Shown here: positions 1 through 13,500 of the stretch, in pieces
Numbering within the stretch: the first letter of the stretch is position 1
Layout: the number at the start of each line of letters is the position of its first letter
DNA from: the human T2T-CHM13v2.0 reference genome, Homo sapiens
Assembly (NCBI RefSeq): GCF_009914755.1
Contig: NC_060931.1
Length of the DNA stretch: 64,000 bases
Strand: one strand, 5' to 3'
Notes under the pieces: generated by a model
Databases searched by the model: none
Told to the model about the DNA's origin: nothing
The model's input: the letters and a program-made list of their open reading frames with translations, nothing else
Made by a program: the position numbers and the translations under genes

Positions 1-1723
1 ACATGTAGTGACATACAAAATTAAAATGCTCATAAAATTCAATATTTATCTAAACTTTATGATATTTTCCTACTGATACTCATTAGCTCTTCTTACAAAA
101 GTAGTATTTTTACTTCATACTTACAAGAAGGCTCCTCTCTGGTACATTTTACCTTTTGTATTTTCTTAAAAACAAACAAACAAAAAACAGGCCCACAAAA
201 ATTAAATCAGTACTTATTAGAAATGCATAAACAGAGAAATTATAAACACGAAGGCATAAAACCTCGACTGCAAAGCAAACACAGGCAATATGAAGGCATC
301 GCACTACAGTCCTCTGTGGAACAGGAGGGAATGGGGCTCATACTCAGCCTCTCTTTCATTCTCTCTTTAGATCTCATCCAAGGGGTCTTGGTTGTTGATA
401 TTCTTTTATGAATACCAATATATGTAAATGGTTTGCTATTCTTTTGGGTTTTGTTTACATTTTTCTTTTTTCACCATAAATCTAGGCTTTTGAGGGGAGG
501 AGACAGTTTAAATATATTTTTCAACTGCCTTATATGGAAATATTCAATTGCAGCTGTAATTTCCTGGGAAACCCTATTTTTAATAAGTTATCCGAAAGAC
601 AAATTTTTTTTTCAATTTGTTTTCAATCTTTAGACCACTCAAGGGTTTTCTTACACAGAACTACAGAAGATATATCAGTTGCCTTATTTTTTTAGAGGTC
701 TGCAATATATTTTTAAAATCTTTACAAAAGAAAAATGCTTTATAAATACCAAGTATTTTAAAACTGTAAATATGTTTTATATCTTCACTAACATTTCCAA
801 TGTTGTCTAGCATAGACAAGCTTATTTTAATAAATCCTGCCTAAATATGGGAAAAATAGGACTTCATCATGAGACTATACTGTTCATCTGAAATTCCCGA
901 CAATCATAAAAATGGTAATACTTAGTTAAGAGGTTAAATAGTGGTTAAGACAGAACAGACCGGTATTCATACAGCTACTCTAATGATGTTAGCAAAAGGT
1001 CAATCAGTTTTGCAGTGTCATACGCAAACATTAGTAAGGTGAGCATCCTGCCCAACATGCCAGGAGGAAGGGAATGACTGGACATGCAATGGCAGAGGGA
1101 AGGAGTGAGAACAGCTTCTGGCATCAGCTTCAGAGGGTGGAGAAGGTTAATGTCATAGCCCAGATCATTCTTGTTTTCTGATTTAGCCTTTAAGCCAATC
1201 ATACATGGAGGATAATTTTTAAAAGATATGTTTCAATAGGGAAAAGGTGTAAACCAAATTAAATCAAATGTATCAAATAAAAAAAGAAAAAACAGAAAAA
1301 ACAATTTCCAAGGGTATGGAAACTCAGTTGCCTGGAGTGATTTCTGGTTTAGGCTTCTGTTCATCTAACATTTGAAATGTGTCTATTTGGCAAGTTCAGG
1401 AGGAACAAGAAATTCTAGTTCATTTAGAATTAAGAATGTTATTAAAAAATTTAACATTTGGCTATAAAGGTTGCCAAATAGAGTTTGGGTAATTTATACT
1501 ACAATTCATTAAAAGGCTAACTTCTGTCATTCCAATTTTCCTTGGGGCTCTAACTTAGTCATAATTTTTATAGATAAAAGCTTACATGGAAACACAGGAT
1601 TCTAGAGTTGGAAAGATCATGGGCCAGTAGTTCTCCAAGGAGGGAGAGGTAGTTTGAAAATTTATCATGCAAGTTTAAATCTTTTTTTGTTTGGGAATAT
1701 TATTATATAATTTTGGTTTAATG

Positions 1724-2007
1724 TTTTGAGACATGGTCTCACCGTGTCACCCAGGCTGGTGCACAGTGGCATGATTATGGCTCACTGTAGCCTTGACTTC
1801 CCGAATTCAAGTGATCTTCCCACTTCAGCCTCCTGAGTAGCTGGGACCACAGGCACACACTACCATGCCCAGCTAATTTTTATATTTTTTGTAAAGATGG
1901 GATTTTGCCATTTTGCCCCGGCTGGTCTTGAACGCCTGGGCACAAGTGATCCTCCTGCCTCGGCCTCCCAATGTGCTTGGATTACAGGTATGATTACTGC
2001 AGCCAGC
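1724..2007 (-). mobile_element. Alu, old (AluJ-like)
   Basis: Reverse-complement dimeric Alu, highly diverged, with J-type 'ctcactgtagccttgac'. Confidence 0.9.
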
Positions 2008-4860
2008 AATGCTTTTGTTTTTAAATGAAAAAGCTAATGGCTCAGAGGGAATTAGCTCTCTAGGGTGATACTTAGAAAGGGGCAGAAATGGACTAATCCT
2101 GCCTTACTATACTTAGTTCAGTGCTTGTTTGATCACTGAAATTGGAAGAGACACCTGCCAGGTATTTGACAGATGTGTGTTGTCCCTGTGCCTTGCTTTG
2201 GGCAATCACAATGGAATCAGTGGCTGTTTGGAAGGTTAATCCCCTTCAAAGGGCTCATGACCTGGAGAGGCACAAGCTCAACCAGGCACAGACAGGTTAG
2301 TAAGCAGGGTGGAGGCAGCTCTGGTGTTTCTTAGTTGCAATGGTCACAGTGGCGAAAATAGGGGCAATCTAAATGCAAAACAGAGTTGAAATCCTCTATC
2401 TTATTTGGAAAGATCAGCTGAACTACATTTATACTTGAGTTGTAGAGTCGTACACCCCCATTGTGTAAGTGTAATCACACTTCCATTTCCCAGTCTAGGT
2501 GCTCAGTAAACACTTGCTGAATGACTCAAGGCCTCCAGTGCCTCCGTTCTCCCTTAATAAGCCACATCTTCTAAGCAAATGACATAGAAACTGGTTATTC
2601 TACCAAAAGTAATTCAGAAGTTCTGAGAGGAATAAATAAATAAAATACTTTGGTAAAATTGCAAAAGTCAGAGAGTAGAAAATAAGGAATCCGATTTCCG
2701 TATCTTCAGTCGCTGGTATTTTTTTGGTTTCTGGTCTATATTGTCTTTTGCTCTCCAGACATAAGTGAAGGGCATTTTTCAGAGGAGTTATAGCTCTTTT
2801 ATGTAAAATTTTACTGAATCCTAGGGCAGGATATCCTGGTGAATAGATAATAGATTAGTAAATCTCTGTCTTTAAAAGTTAACAGATTTTAATCCGTTAA
2901 CTTTTCAATCCTGTTGACAAAATGTTCCTCAGTCATAGATCCTGGTTTTAAAGCTTCTCTGCCGAAACCAAAGGGCACGTGCAGCTAAACCCAGGACCAC
3001 AGTAATGACTAAGGCAACAAGTGGCAAAGCCTCAAGGTCTCAAAGTAAAGATGGCTTTGTATTTTTTTTAAGTGACAAAACTTCTATATCCTAGGAAGTG
3101 TTTTCTACTTTACAGTCTATGCATTTATGGCAATAGCACTGCCACTGCTCCACACATTTCTGGAACTTGTGTTTTGTGACTGCCCAAAGATCTTATAGTA
3201 CATTCTCTATTCTCCTGAGTAGCAAAATTCCTCTCTGAGGGTGGATTTAATTTGTAAGAAACAGCCAAAATTATTTTAGGCCACGAGAAAAGCTGTTCAA
3301 CTCAGTAATACCATTTTGGATCAAAAATATAGAATGCTGAATGCCTGTAAAGACATCTCAAAATAATACTAAAGTCAATTCCATAGCAAATTCTCAAAAA
3401 TACTGTAAGCAACAATATCATTGAAGCAGTAATATCACCTCTATTTATTGATTACTCATGCTATTCTAAGCTCAATACCAGCTGACAGGTTATAGGATCC
3501 AATCCTCCTAACAGCCACCCTCCCCCATATGAGTAGCAAAAGAAGTCACCAAAAATGCACAATTGTAAATGGCAGAGACTAGATTTCAACATAGATCTAA
3601 CTTCCAAGTCCATGCTGCTTCCAATTCCCTATTTCGCCCCTCAAAATATGGATAAAGCCTCTCAAAGACCTTAATTTCAAGTTGATAGCTTATAATTGGA
3701 CAAATAAATCCTAGTGTACTGCTGTCATCACCTGATAATTAGCAAATATGATGCTATTTGCTTTTCTCTCTCTCCCCTCAAAGTATTAAATATAACAACT
3801 GTTCAAACCTTCCTGTAATTATAAAAGTTCTCTCCCATTTGAACCAACAATCTCCACCAACCACTAAGATCCCATGGTAGGAGAGACTTCTTCAAAGTGT
3901 CAACAGAACTTTGTCATCCACATTTTGAGGGGTAAAATTGGGAATTGAAAACAGCATGGACTTTGCAGTTAGTCAGATGTGTTTGGAATCCAGTCTCTGC
4001 CATTTACAATTATGTATTTTTGGTAACATTACTTTAGAGCCACATTTGCTTAGTAAATAACTAATCCAGTCATGTCAGTAAAAAGCAATGCTTTCTCTAG
4101 CACTGTATAACAAAAGGGAAAAATCCACCTCTTCTTTGTTCAAGAGTCCCAGATTCAGTGACTTCATAAGCCACACCTGCAGTGGAAACCTTCTGTGACA
4201 TAGCCCACATGCTATGTTAACCATCTGTGCCCGAGTGTTGGAAGATGGCAGCACTAAATAGGGTACATGGCTTTTGAAATAAACTAAACTTAGAACAGAT
4301 TTATAAATATTCACACTCCATTTCTGAAGGTAAAAAAAAAAAAAACCGAAAACACCAAACTGATATTAGAACTTAAAATATACCAATTACGGAACAAATC
4401 TAGTCAATTTGGTAATCCAACATAGTGTTAATAATTACTTGAAAGGTCTTTAAAAATGTCATCTCAGAAGGAACAGAATTGAACACGTACTGTCTGATCA
4501 TGACCCACTGAGGTCTTGCGAGATAAATATTTAATAAGAAGGAATACTCTTTTCTCCCATGTAAATATTTTAGTCTCTCTAAATTAATGGTCTCCATGTG
4601 CTTTAAGCCACTACTTTCAGGTTATCTTAAATGAAGAAAGCACTTAGCATAGCGAAACCGCAATTCATATAGCAAGATGAATCACCATACCCTGGAGCCT
4701 TTAAAAAAAATACAAAAAAAGAGAGAGAAAGAAAAGAAATGGGGGTGGGGGGAAGCATCAAATTTAAAAAAAAAGTTTCAAGGCAATGTGAAGAAAATCA
4801 AGGCAAGTGAGAAGAGAGGCCATATTCTTTAAAAAGCGTATAACATTTCAATCCCTTTAC

Positions 4861-6514
4861 CTGATGCTGTTACCAGGAGGCTGTCTGAGGCACCTGGTCT
4901 ACAGGATGAGGCACTAACGGGGTTTATGGAAGAGCAAAAGGCAATGGTGGTAGGAATGACAAGGGAACTGTCTGAACATGCAGGTTGGTTCAGTCCGGGG
5001 GTTGCAGCAGGCCAGGCACCCACCTGAGACGTGGCCAGGGCTGAAACGGCACAGCCTGCAGGTGCCACAGTTAAATCTATGGATGGTTTTGGTGGCAGCT
5101 GAGGGGAGGATGACTTAGGAAGGTTCTCCTCATTGATCACCCTGTTCCCTTGTGGCAAACTGGAAGGAGTCGAAGCCACAGTTTTGTTATCAACTTTGGC
5201 CCCTGTGTTCGAGGCCCTGCTGCTGTCTATAATAACCTTGAGTTGGGGGTGTGGTGGAGAAGGAGTTTGGGAGAGCCCTGGCTTTTTTGGAGGGATAGGA
5301 GGAGGATTTCCTCTGTCAACTCGTGCTACACCATGAGTCTTTAAACTGGTCCGACCAACTGGAGGGTGGGTGCCAACATCCCCTGTTGGGGGCACTCCAG
5401 GCCTTGAGGGAGCACCTGCTTGAGGGCTTGTAAATCTTGACAGTGCTTGGGTCACAGTATTCCGAGCTAGTTGTTTGGCCACTAGGTTGTCACGACTTGT
5501 AGGCGAGACATCTCTTGACGGAGGACTTTGGGTAGTATTTCCATTTTGGTCTGGGTCGTTAGCATTGCCCTGAAATCTAAATCTAGCTGCTTGGATTCGT
5601 GGGTTTAGACCTGGATGCAAAGAGGTGTTGGCACATGGTGAATGTAAACTGTGCATAGGTGGAGCTTGCGAGTTCTGAGGAGCTATGCCTGGTGTTTGAG
5701 CGGTGGGAGGGGCAGCGTTACTGGGAAGTGGGGGTGTGCTACTGGTTGGATCTGGTGTTGAGCCAGTGCTTGGTCCATTTTCCTCAATTTTGTTTGCACT
5801 TGGAGGTGGGAAAGCGGGTACAGAAGCGCCAATCAAGTCACCATAGGAAGCCTGCCTGTCAATACCTGGTCTGGCCATGGTGGCACTGGTGCACACGCTC
5901 CCTTTTGCATTTGCAGAAACTAGGGGACTCCCTGTGGAAGGTTTTACAGGCATGGTTAAAGGCAACTTTTTCATGTGGTCAGCATTTTCTGTCACTAGGT
6001 CTGTCTGGCATGCAACAGACCTTGTCACAGTTCCTTCTGTTCCCACAGATATGGAAACCAAACGCCTATCTTTTGTCTTCCGTGGAAGAGAGAGGCTTGG
6101 TTTGCTGTCACTTCCCCTTTTCAGTTGCTCAATCATTTTCCTCATCTTGTCTATCTCCTCTTTGAGGTCAGTGGTGTGTGCTTCTTCCCGGTTCAGCTTG
6201 GCACGAAGCTGTTCCCGCTCAGTGTCAAACTCAGAGAGTTGTTTTTCCATCTGAGCTTCCATTTCTGTGCTTCTTCGTTTCTCAGCGGAGAGTTCCTCTT
6301 CTAATTCATTCGTCTTTTTCTTTTCCTCTTCCAGTTTGGCCATTACGTCTTCGAGCTTCTGGGCCTCCTCTATGACTTTGCCTGAGAGCTGCTTGCACTC
6401 TTTGACCAGCATCAGGACCACCTGCTTGTTCTTGCCACGCTCTTCCTCAAGGCGGGCAGCCAGCTTCTTGTGCTCTTGCTCAAGGGCTTGTAGCTGAAGC
6501 TTCTCCATTTCCAG
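4861..6514 (-). CDS. CTTNBP2: CTTNBP2 large internal coding exon (probably exon 4), 1654 nt; coiled-coil ([18 protein letters not shown]...) followed by the Pro-rich region ([20 protein letters not shown])
   Basis: Lies within the 566-aa ORF 4829..6529(-). Acceptor ttctttcag|CTGGAA at 6515/6514 and donor TCAG|gtaaag at 4861/4860. Phase 0 to phase 1. Protein sequence recognised as cortactin-binding protein 2. Confidence 0.96.
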
Positions 6515-7149
6515 CTGAAAGAAATTCACAGGAAAACCCTGATTAATATACAGAATTTTCTTTTCACCAAGGAAATGCTTTTTGTGAGATTTTTATTAAT
6601 TTTCTAACAATTACATAACTCGGGTTAGCAAAAACGCCACATTTTCAAAAAGTGTTGTGATAAGAAATATTTTAAAGACACATTAAAATGAGAAAATAGA
6701 CGTAAATGGCTTTATAAAGACATCTAAATTACAACAATAGAGAATTTTTAAAGTCTATTGAAGTTAACTACAGAAAAAGAGAACAATAACCAGATGCTTT
6801 AAATCACAGCACAGGGATCAGAAAGGTCTATTTTTGTAAAAACACAGCTCTGTGATGGAATTGGTGATATTTTTAAAAAAGGTTTAATGCTTTAAAATTA
6901 TTAATCTCTGAGGTAAAGTATCATGAAAAGTACTGAAAACCGAGGACTTCAGTTAAATTCTAAGCCCCCATGTTTGCTAATTGTATTACCTATCTCAGTA
7001 ATGTAACATCTTTGAGCTTCCTATGATGAGTTGTTGTGGAAATCATATAAAATTATATATGAAAGAAAGTTCTTTGAAAACTCTAAAGAGCTAAAGAACG
7101 ATCTTATTAGAACTACATTTGGTGTCAGTGAACCCGGAGCCTGACCTTG

Positions 7150-7850
7150 TCTCCTACTTTGATCCTGCTTACTCTCTTAGCTTCGCTGGATGCCCGGAGT
7201 TTCCTAAACATGGTCCTGCCTCGGGGTCTTTGTCCTTGCTGTTCTCTCTGCATGGGATTCCCACCACACACCTTCCCGTAGCGCTCCTGCAGTAAGCCAC
7301 GTGCGCATGGCACAAGAGTGACCTGTGGGAGGGTGAGTAGGAGCAAAATTCCAGCCCTCTCTCCCTTCCTTGGATTTCCCTACTCACCCAGCTGCCTGCC
7401 CAGGCATGAAGACAGGGGTGCCTTTTCCTTCACAGAAAGGCACTGTCTGTTCACCAAGCCATAGGCCCTTAGGATTGGTGCTTTCCAGAGTGAAATCATT
7501 TTTCTAACTGATCAGCCTAGACAGGGAGCTTTCAAAGCCTTTCTTTCTCCAGATGGGGCTTTCTAATATACACAAAAGCTCCCAATAGCACAAGAGGTTG
7601 GCTTGTTCATTTCTTCCAGACTTCTGCTCAGCTGTCACCTTTACAATGAGGCCTTCCCTCACCACCCTGTGGGAAATAACAGTTGATAAACTCCCACCCT
7701 TGTGTTTATCAACCTTTGTTCACTACCTGCCTGCACCCCCCCTCACCCCAAGTATGACTTTACTGAGGGCAGGGACTGTGTCCTTAAGACCTAGAACAGT
7801 GGCTGGCACACAGTGGTGCTTAATAAATTGTATATTGAATGAATGAGCTG
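7150..7850 (+). mobile_element. L2 3' remnant, interrupted by a probable hAT/MER91-like segment (~7270-7595)
   Basis: L2 tail motif 'cctagaacagtggctggcacacagtggtgcttaataaattg...gaatgaatga'; MER91-like 'ggggtgccttttccttcacagaaaggcactg'. Confidence 0.6.
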
Positions 7851-8610
7851 AAATTAACATAGTTCCACTGATAACAATCAACTTCCGTTACTGATGGGCT
7901 TTCTGGCTAAGTGGGCAGCCTCACAGTGGCACTAGTCTAACATGTTACTGCAAATTTCTCACTTCTGTCTAGGGAAGCATCTGTCATGAGGGGCTCATGA
8001 AGGACAAAGGACTCACCCCAAGCTGGGATACAGAAGCCAGGTTGGCCTACATGCCTCACTTCCCCAACTAGTGAAATGTTCCACTGGCGGTCCATAATGG
8101 GCCTTATGGTTCCTAAAGGTTAAAGTACATCTACCTGATTATAAAGATGTGGATAGGACTTGTTTTCTCCTGTAGATGTTAAACACAAATATCCTCCCAA
8201 GAGAGTCACTACTTATTTGAGTCAAATTTTTGTCATCAATAACAAAGGAAGATACTCTCATGATCTGTAAGTCCTGACGATGTTCCTGTTTCTTACCCTG
8301 TTACAAAAATCCACGACTCCTTTCCCCTCACAATCAGTCATGGGACCAAAAGGAGAAAATGGCTTGCTATACAACTAATGGTGAGAGATAGTGTTTCTTT
8401 ACTCTGGGATGCTTCCTGCTTTGACAAACAATTGCTAAATAGCATTGGGATGTGTCCCATAAATAGATAATCAGGAATATAGATTATTCCTCAAGCTTAA
8501 TTACATATATACTTTATTCTACTGGATAAAATTTTGGGAGTAATTCATAAGTAGATTAGGTAAGACTGGGGAACAATAGTGTTGTCATATACTGTTTTTA
8601 TATGTATATC

Positions 8611-8927
<317 letters not shown>

Positions 8928-9529
8928 TACTGTTTTTATATGTATATCTTATTCACGTGGGTGCCTTGCACAAATTTGACATATTATTAACTAAAACACA
9001 TTGAACTCTTCTGAGATGCACCAAATAACAGACTGGTATTAGAAGGCATATGCAAAGTTAGAACTATTAAGAAAATTTAAATCGTATTTTATACTAACCC
9101 CAACAAAAAAAAATTCTTACAGCAATGTAAGAAAAACATAAACTAGGCCAGTTTTCCGCTATTAAAATACAAATTTCATCATTTGCCTCTGAAGGTAGAG
9201 AATTTTAAGAGCTACCTTCATTTTTACAAAACAATAACTAGAGGCCATATTAGTGTTTTTCCTAATGTCATCCAGCTAATGAGTGTCAGTCATGGCAATC
9301 ACTCAGGGTTCTACCTGTCTCAGGTTTTTCTCACTGTATCTCACATCTTGTCCACAGTAATTCTGCACTATGGATCATCATCTTTCAGAATCAAATTGAG
9401 AAGGAGTTCCAAGTGGAGAGCAATTCAGCTAATCTCAAATATTTATAGAGAAAACTATACTATTATAAAAGCATCTGTAATTCTTTTCTATCTTTGTCCT
9501 CCATCACTTGTGCTTTGTAAATCCTATCT

Positions 9530-10020
9530 CAAACTAATACATGTCTTAATAAAAGTTTACCGCAGAGAGCAGAGCACAGAGGAAACCTCACAATTGATAT
9601 ACCTATAAACACATGGCTCTAAACTCAAACTCTGACTCCCAACCATCAATCACTCTACCTAACTTTATTTAGCTTCCTCTGCCATTTACTACAGGGGATA
9701 TTTCAAACCTCTACCTCTCCCCAAATCTTCACCCAGTGACCACTCAACTGACTTAGTCTCTCTTTACAGACTCCTTTATCAAAAACATTCAAACTCACTC
9801 ACTTCCCCTCTTCATCCTATCTCCTCCTTTAAGCTTTTTCATAGCAACACCAATCTATATTTCCTTCCCTTCAATCTAAGGGGGAAAGGTTTCCATCTGC
9901 TCAGTGTTGGACTTTCCTTCAGCACTTAACTTCATTCTCTCCCGTCACCTCTGGGACTCACTCCGTCAGTTATTATGTTGCTCTTTTTAAAATATTAAAC
10001 ACCTTTTTCTCTACAGGAGA
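9530..10020 (+). mobile_element. Degraded L2-like fragment
   Basis: CT-rich, decayed L2-type sequence; weak recognition only. Confidence 0.4.
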
Positions 10021-10055
10021 CTTCCAATCACATTATATAAGCACAGTACATAAAC

Positions 10056-10243
10056 ATTTTTATATTAAAAAATCTTTGACCATTTCAGCTCAGAGACAAA
10101 CTATGTGTACTTAAGATAATAAGAGATGTAGTACAAAATAACATACTCCCATACTTTAAAAATAATTTTTATATTAAAAAATCTTTGACCATTTCAGCTC
10201 AGAGACAAATTATGTGTACTTAAGAGAATAAGAGATGTAGTAC
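10056..10243. repeat. 79-bp direct duplication (10056-10134 and 10165-10243)
   Basis: Two copies differing at 2 positions, separated by a 30-bp spacer. Confidence 0.95.
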
Positions 10244-10249
10244 TAAATT

Positions 10250-10390
10250 CTGATCCCGAACTTACTAGCTGTGTGACCTTTGTAAGTTCTCTAAAAATTG
10301 GTTCTGTATGATCCTAATTATGTTATTTTATGGTTTTAAATAAGACAACACGTGTAAATCACATAGCATAGTGCCCGGCACTAAAAAATA
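10250..10390 (+). mobile_element. MIR fragment
   Basis: 'cttactagctgtgtgacctt' core and 'catagcatagtgcccggcac' tail. Confidence 0.65.
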
Positions 10391-10589
10391 CTAAGTTTTC
10401 AATTCATAACACAACAGACTATTTGTATTATTTTAAAATGTGTGTGTGACTTTGCACTATATTTCTTCCTCTGAAAACACACTAGAGGCATACAAAAATC
10501 TAGAGAATACACCATATTAAACATGTAGATGAATGTTTTTATAAGTTAGATAGGGGTTATAATTTAGCAATTATGAAATATATCAGAGA

Positions 10590-13500
10590 AAGTTCTGCTA
10601 CCAGTAATGGAGAAGCAATGGTTATTAGACTAATTCTCCTGCAGATAATAATTATAACGCCTTGAAAAACATATAAAACATAGTGATTTAAAGGCTCTTG
10701 AGAGCAATAAAAGAGGTAGAAATGAGAGAAGAGTAAACCCTCCTGTAAGAAAGGAGCCAATAGCATTGGATGAGATTTGCCTTCATGTAGCTGCTCAGCT
10801 GGAGGCAATTCCCTATTCTGGTAGCACTGGCAGCTGAAACTCAAGTACAATGCACTGGTGATATGGGCTTGAGGAGTCAGAGGATGAAACTGAGGTTGCC
10901 ACGGTTTACCAGCATCCTTGTTTGATCCTTGAATTACACATTCATGGGGCAGACCCCACAGAATGACAGAAGGTGGCTGCTGAATGTCTGACAGAGCTGA
11001 GCAAAGACCTCAGATGCTGCCAACTGCAAGGAGACAGAATATGAATCTAACCAGGTTAACTGTTTACTAGAACAAAGTACAGCTCTTCAGCAGGTAACAG
11101 AATCCAGAGTCTGCAACATATCATATCATCCTCAGTGTTCAGTATACAATAAGAAATTACTAGACAATGAAATTAAGAAAAAGTGAATCCTAGTCTAGAG
11201 AAAAGTAGTCAATAAAAACCGGCCCAAGATGATCCACGCTGGAATTAGTGACAAGGATTTTAAAGCAGCCATTTTCAAAGAAAATATGGTCATAATAAAT
11301 GAGGGGAAGGGGAATCCTGGCATACAAACAAAAACTATAAAAAAAGAACCAAATGTACAAACAGAACTGATAAGTGTAATATCTAAACTGACAAAAAGTT
11401 CACTGAATGGGCTTAATAGCAGATTTGAGAGAGCAGAAGAAAAATAATAATTAATTTGAAAATAAAGCAAAAGAAAGTATTCGATTTGAAGAGCATAGAA
11501 AAAAAGATTGAAAACATTGAACAGCATCTTATTTATATCTAGGGCAATACAAACTGGTTTAAATTCCATGAACTGGAGTTCCAAAAAGAGAAAAAAGACA
11601 GAATGCAGAAGAAAAATATCTTGGAAGAAAAAATGGCCCCAAAATTTACAAATTTGATTAAAAAGGCAAACTTACAAATCCAGGAAGCTCAGCAATTTCA
11701 AAGCAGAAAAATATAAAGTTATACCTAGGCACATCATAGTAAAACTGCTGAAAACAAAGACAAATAATCTTGAAATCAGCCAAAAAATTAAAGACATATT
11801 ACGTACAGAGAATCTGCAACATAAATGATGGCAATGGTGATAATTTTCTCTAAAATATACAAAGCAGAACCTGACAGAAATACAGGAAAAATAGACAAAT
11901 CTACAATAATAACAATATCTCACTTAAAAAACCTAGATTAAAAAGCTCAGCAAGAATATAAATAGTATATCTGAAAACACTATAAAAATCACCTGGCCAT
12001 TGATATTTATAGGGTAGAATATACCAAAACTACAAAAGATATTCTTTTCAAACGTACTTGCTGAGCTATTGAGAACTACCAAACCAATAGATTTCGAAAG
12101 GCTAAAATCTTATAGACTGTGTTCTCTGACTAAAGCAGAATTAAACTGGAAATAAATCATAAGATATTAAGAAAACCTCAAAATTCAAAAATAAAACAAT
12201 ATATTGCTAAATAGTAAAGAGGATTAAGAGGAAATCACAAAGTAATTTAGAATATATTTGGGGCTGAATGAATACAAGAACACAGCATACCAAAATTTGT
12301 GGGACTCTGAAAGCAGAGCATCTAAAAGCAGCTAAGGCCGATATGGCTTTAAATGTTTACTTTAGAAGAGCTGCCTCAAATCAATCATCCTAGTTTCACC
12401 TTAAGAAGCTAGGAAAAGATGGACAAAGTAAATCCAAAGTAGAAGGAATCAAATACCAAAGAAATTGATGAAACAGAAGAAATAAATGATAGAGAAATTA
12501 ACAAAGCCAAAAATTGTATCTAAAAGATTAATAATATTGCTAAATATGTAGAAAACCAGATTTAGAAATAGAGAAAAACACAAATTACAAATAACAGGAA
12601 TGAAAGAGGGGATATCACTACAGATTAAAGAAATATTAAAAGGATAACTTTGTGCCAATAAGTTCAATAAATTAAAAAATCCTCTGAAAGCTACACTTTC
12701 AGAAATTACACAAAATGACATAGAAAATTGGAATGGCTTTATATTTTTTTAACAGAAACTAAATTCACGATTAAAAACTTCTTCCCAAAGAAAACTCCTA
12801 GCTTATAAGGCTGTACTGATGTTCTAGAAAACATTAAAGAAAAAAAAAATGATGCCAAACTTACACCCTTTCAGAAAATAGAAAAGACTTCCAACTCACT
12901 TTGTGAACAAAAAATTACCTTTATACAAAACAAAAATTTTTTTTAATTTACAGAGAAAACATCTCTCTTGGACACAGACACAAAACTCTTTAGCAAAATA
13001 TAGGCAAATGAAATCCACCAATATATAAAAAAAGTAATAAAAAGGTGACCATGTGAGATTTACCTTAGGGGTCTAAGTTGGTTTAATATTTGAAAATCAA
13101 TCTGTGTAACTCAATATATTAAAAGATAAAAGAGAAACACCAGGATTATGTCAACAAATGCAAATAAACTATTTTTTAAATCAAAACCATTCATGATAAA
13201 AAAAAAACCTTCCAACAAAGAATAGAATGAAACCTCAAATGAGATAAAGAGCATCTATGAAAAGCACAGCTAACATTGTACTTAATGATGAAACATGAAA
13301 TATTTTTTCCCTAAGAAAAAGACAATAAAGTCTACTTTCACTACTTCTGTTCAACATTGCACTGGAGGTTCTAGTCACTGCAATAATTCCAGGGCAGTGG
13401 TGGGGAAGAAGAAAAAGGCAGGCAGGCAAATCATTTGGAAAGGAATAAGTAAAATGTTCTCTATAGATCATATATTTTATATTTTTAACCTAGAAAATCA

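Noticed and set aside
5133-6497. Several plus-strand ORFs (64-168 aa) antisense to the large exon
   Set aside because: Shadow ORFs of GC-rich coding sequence, with no independent support.
10056-10243. Repeat-spacer-repeat superficially resembling a CRISPR unit
   Set aside because: Only two 79-bp copies in a human intron with no cas genes; it is a local duplication.
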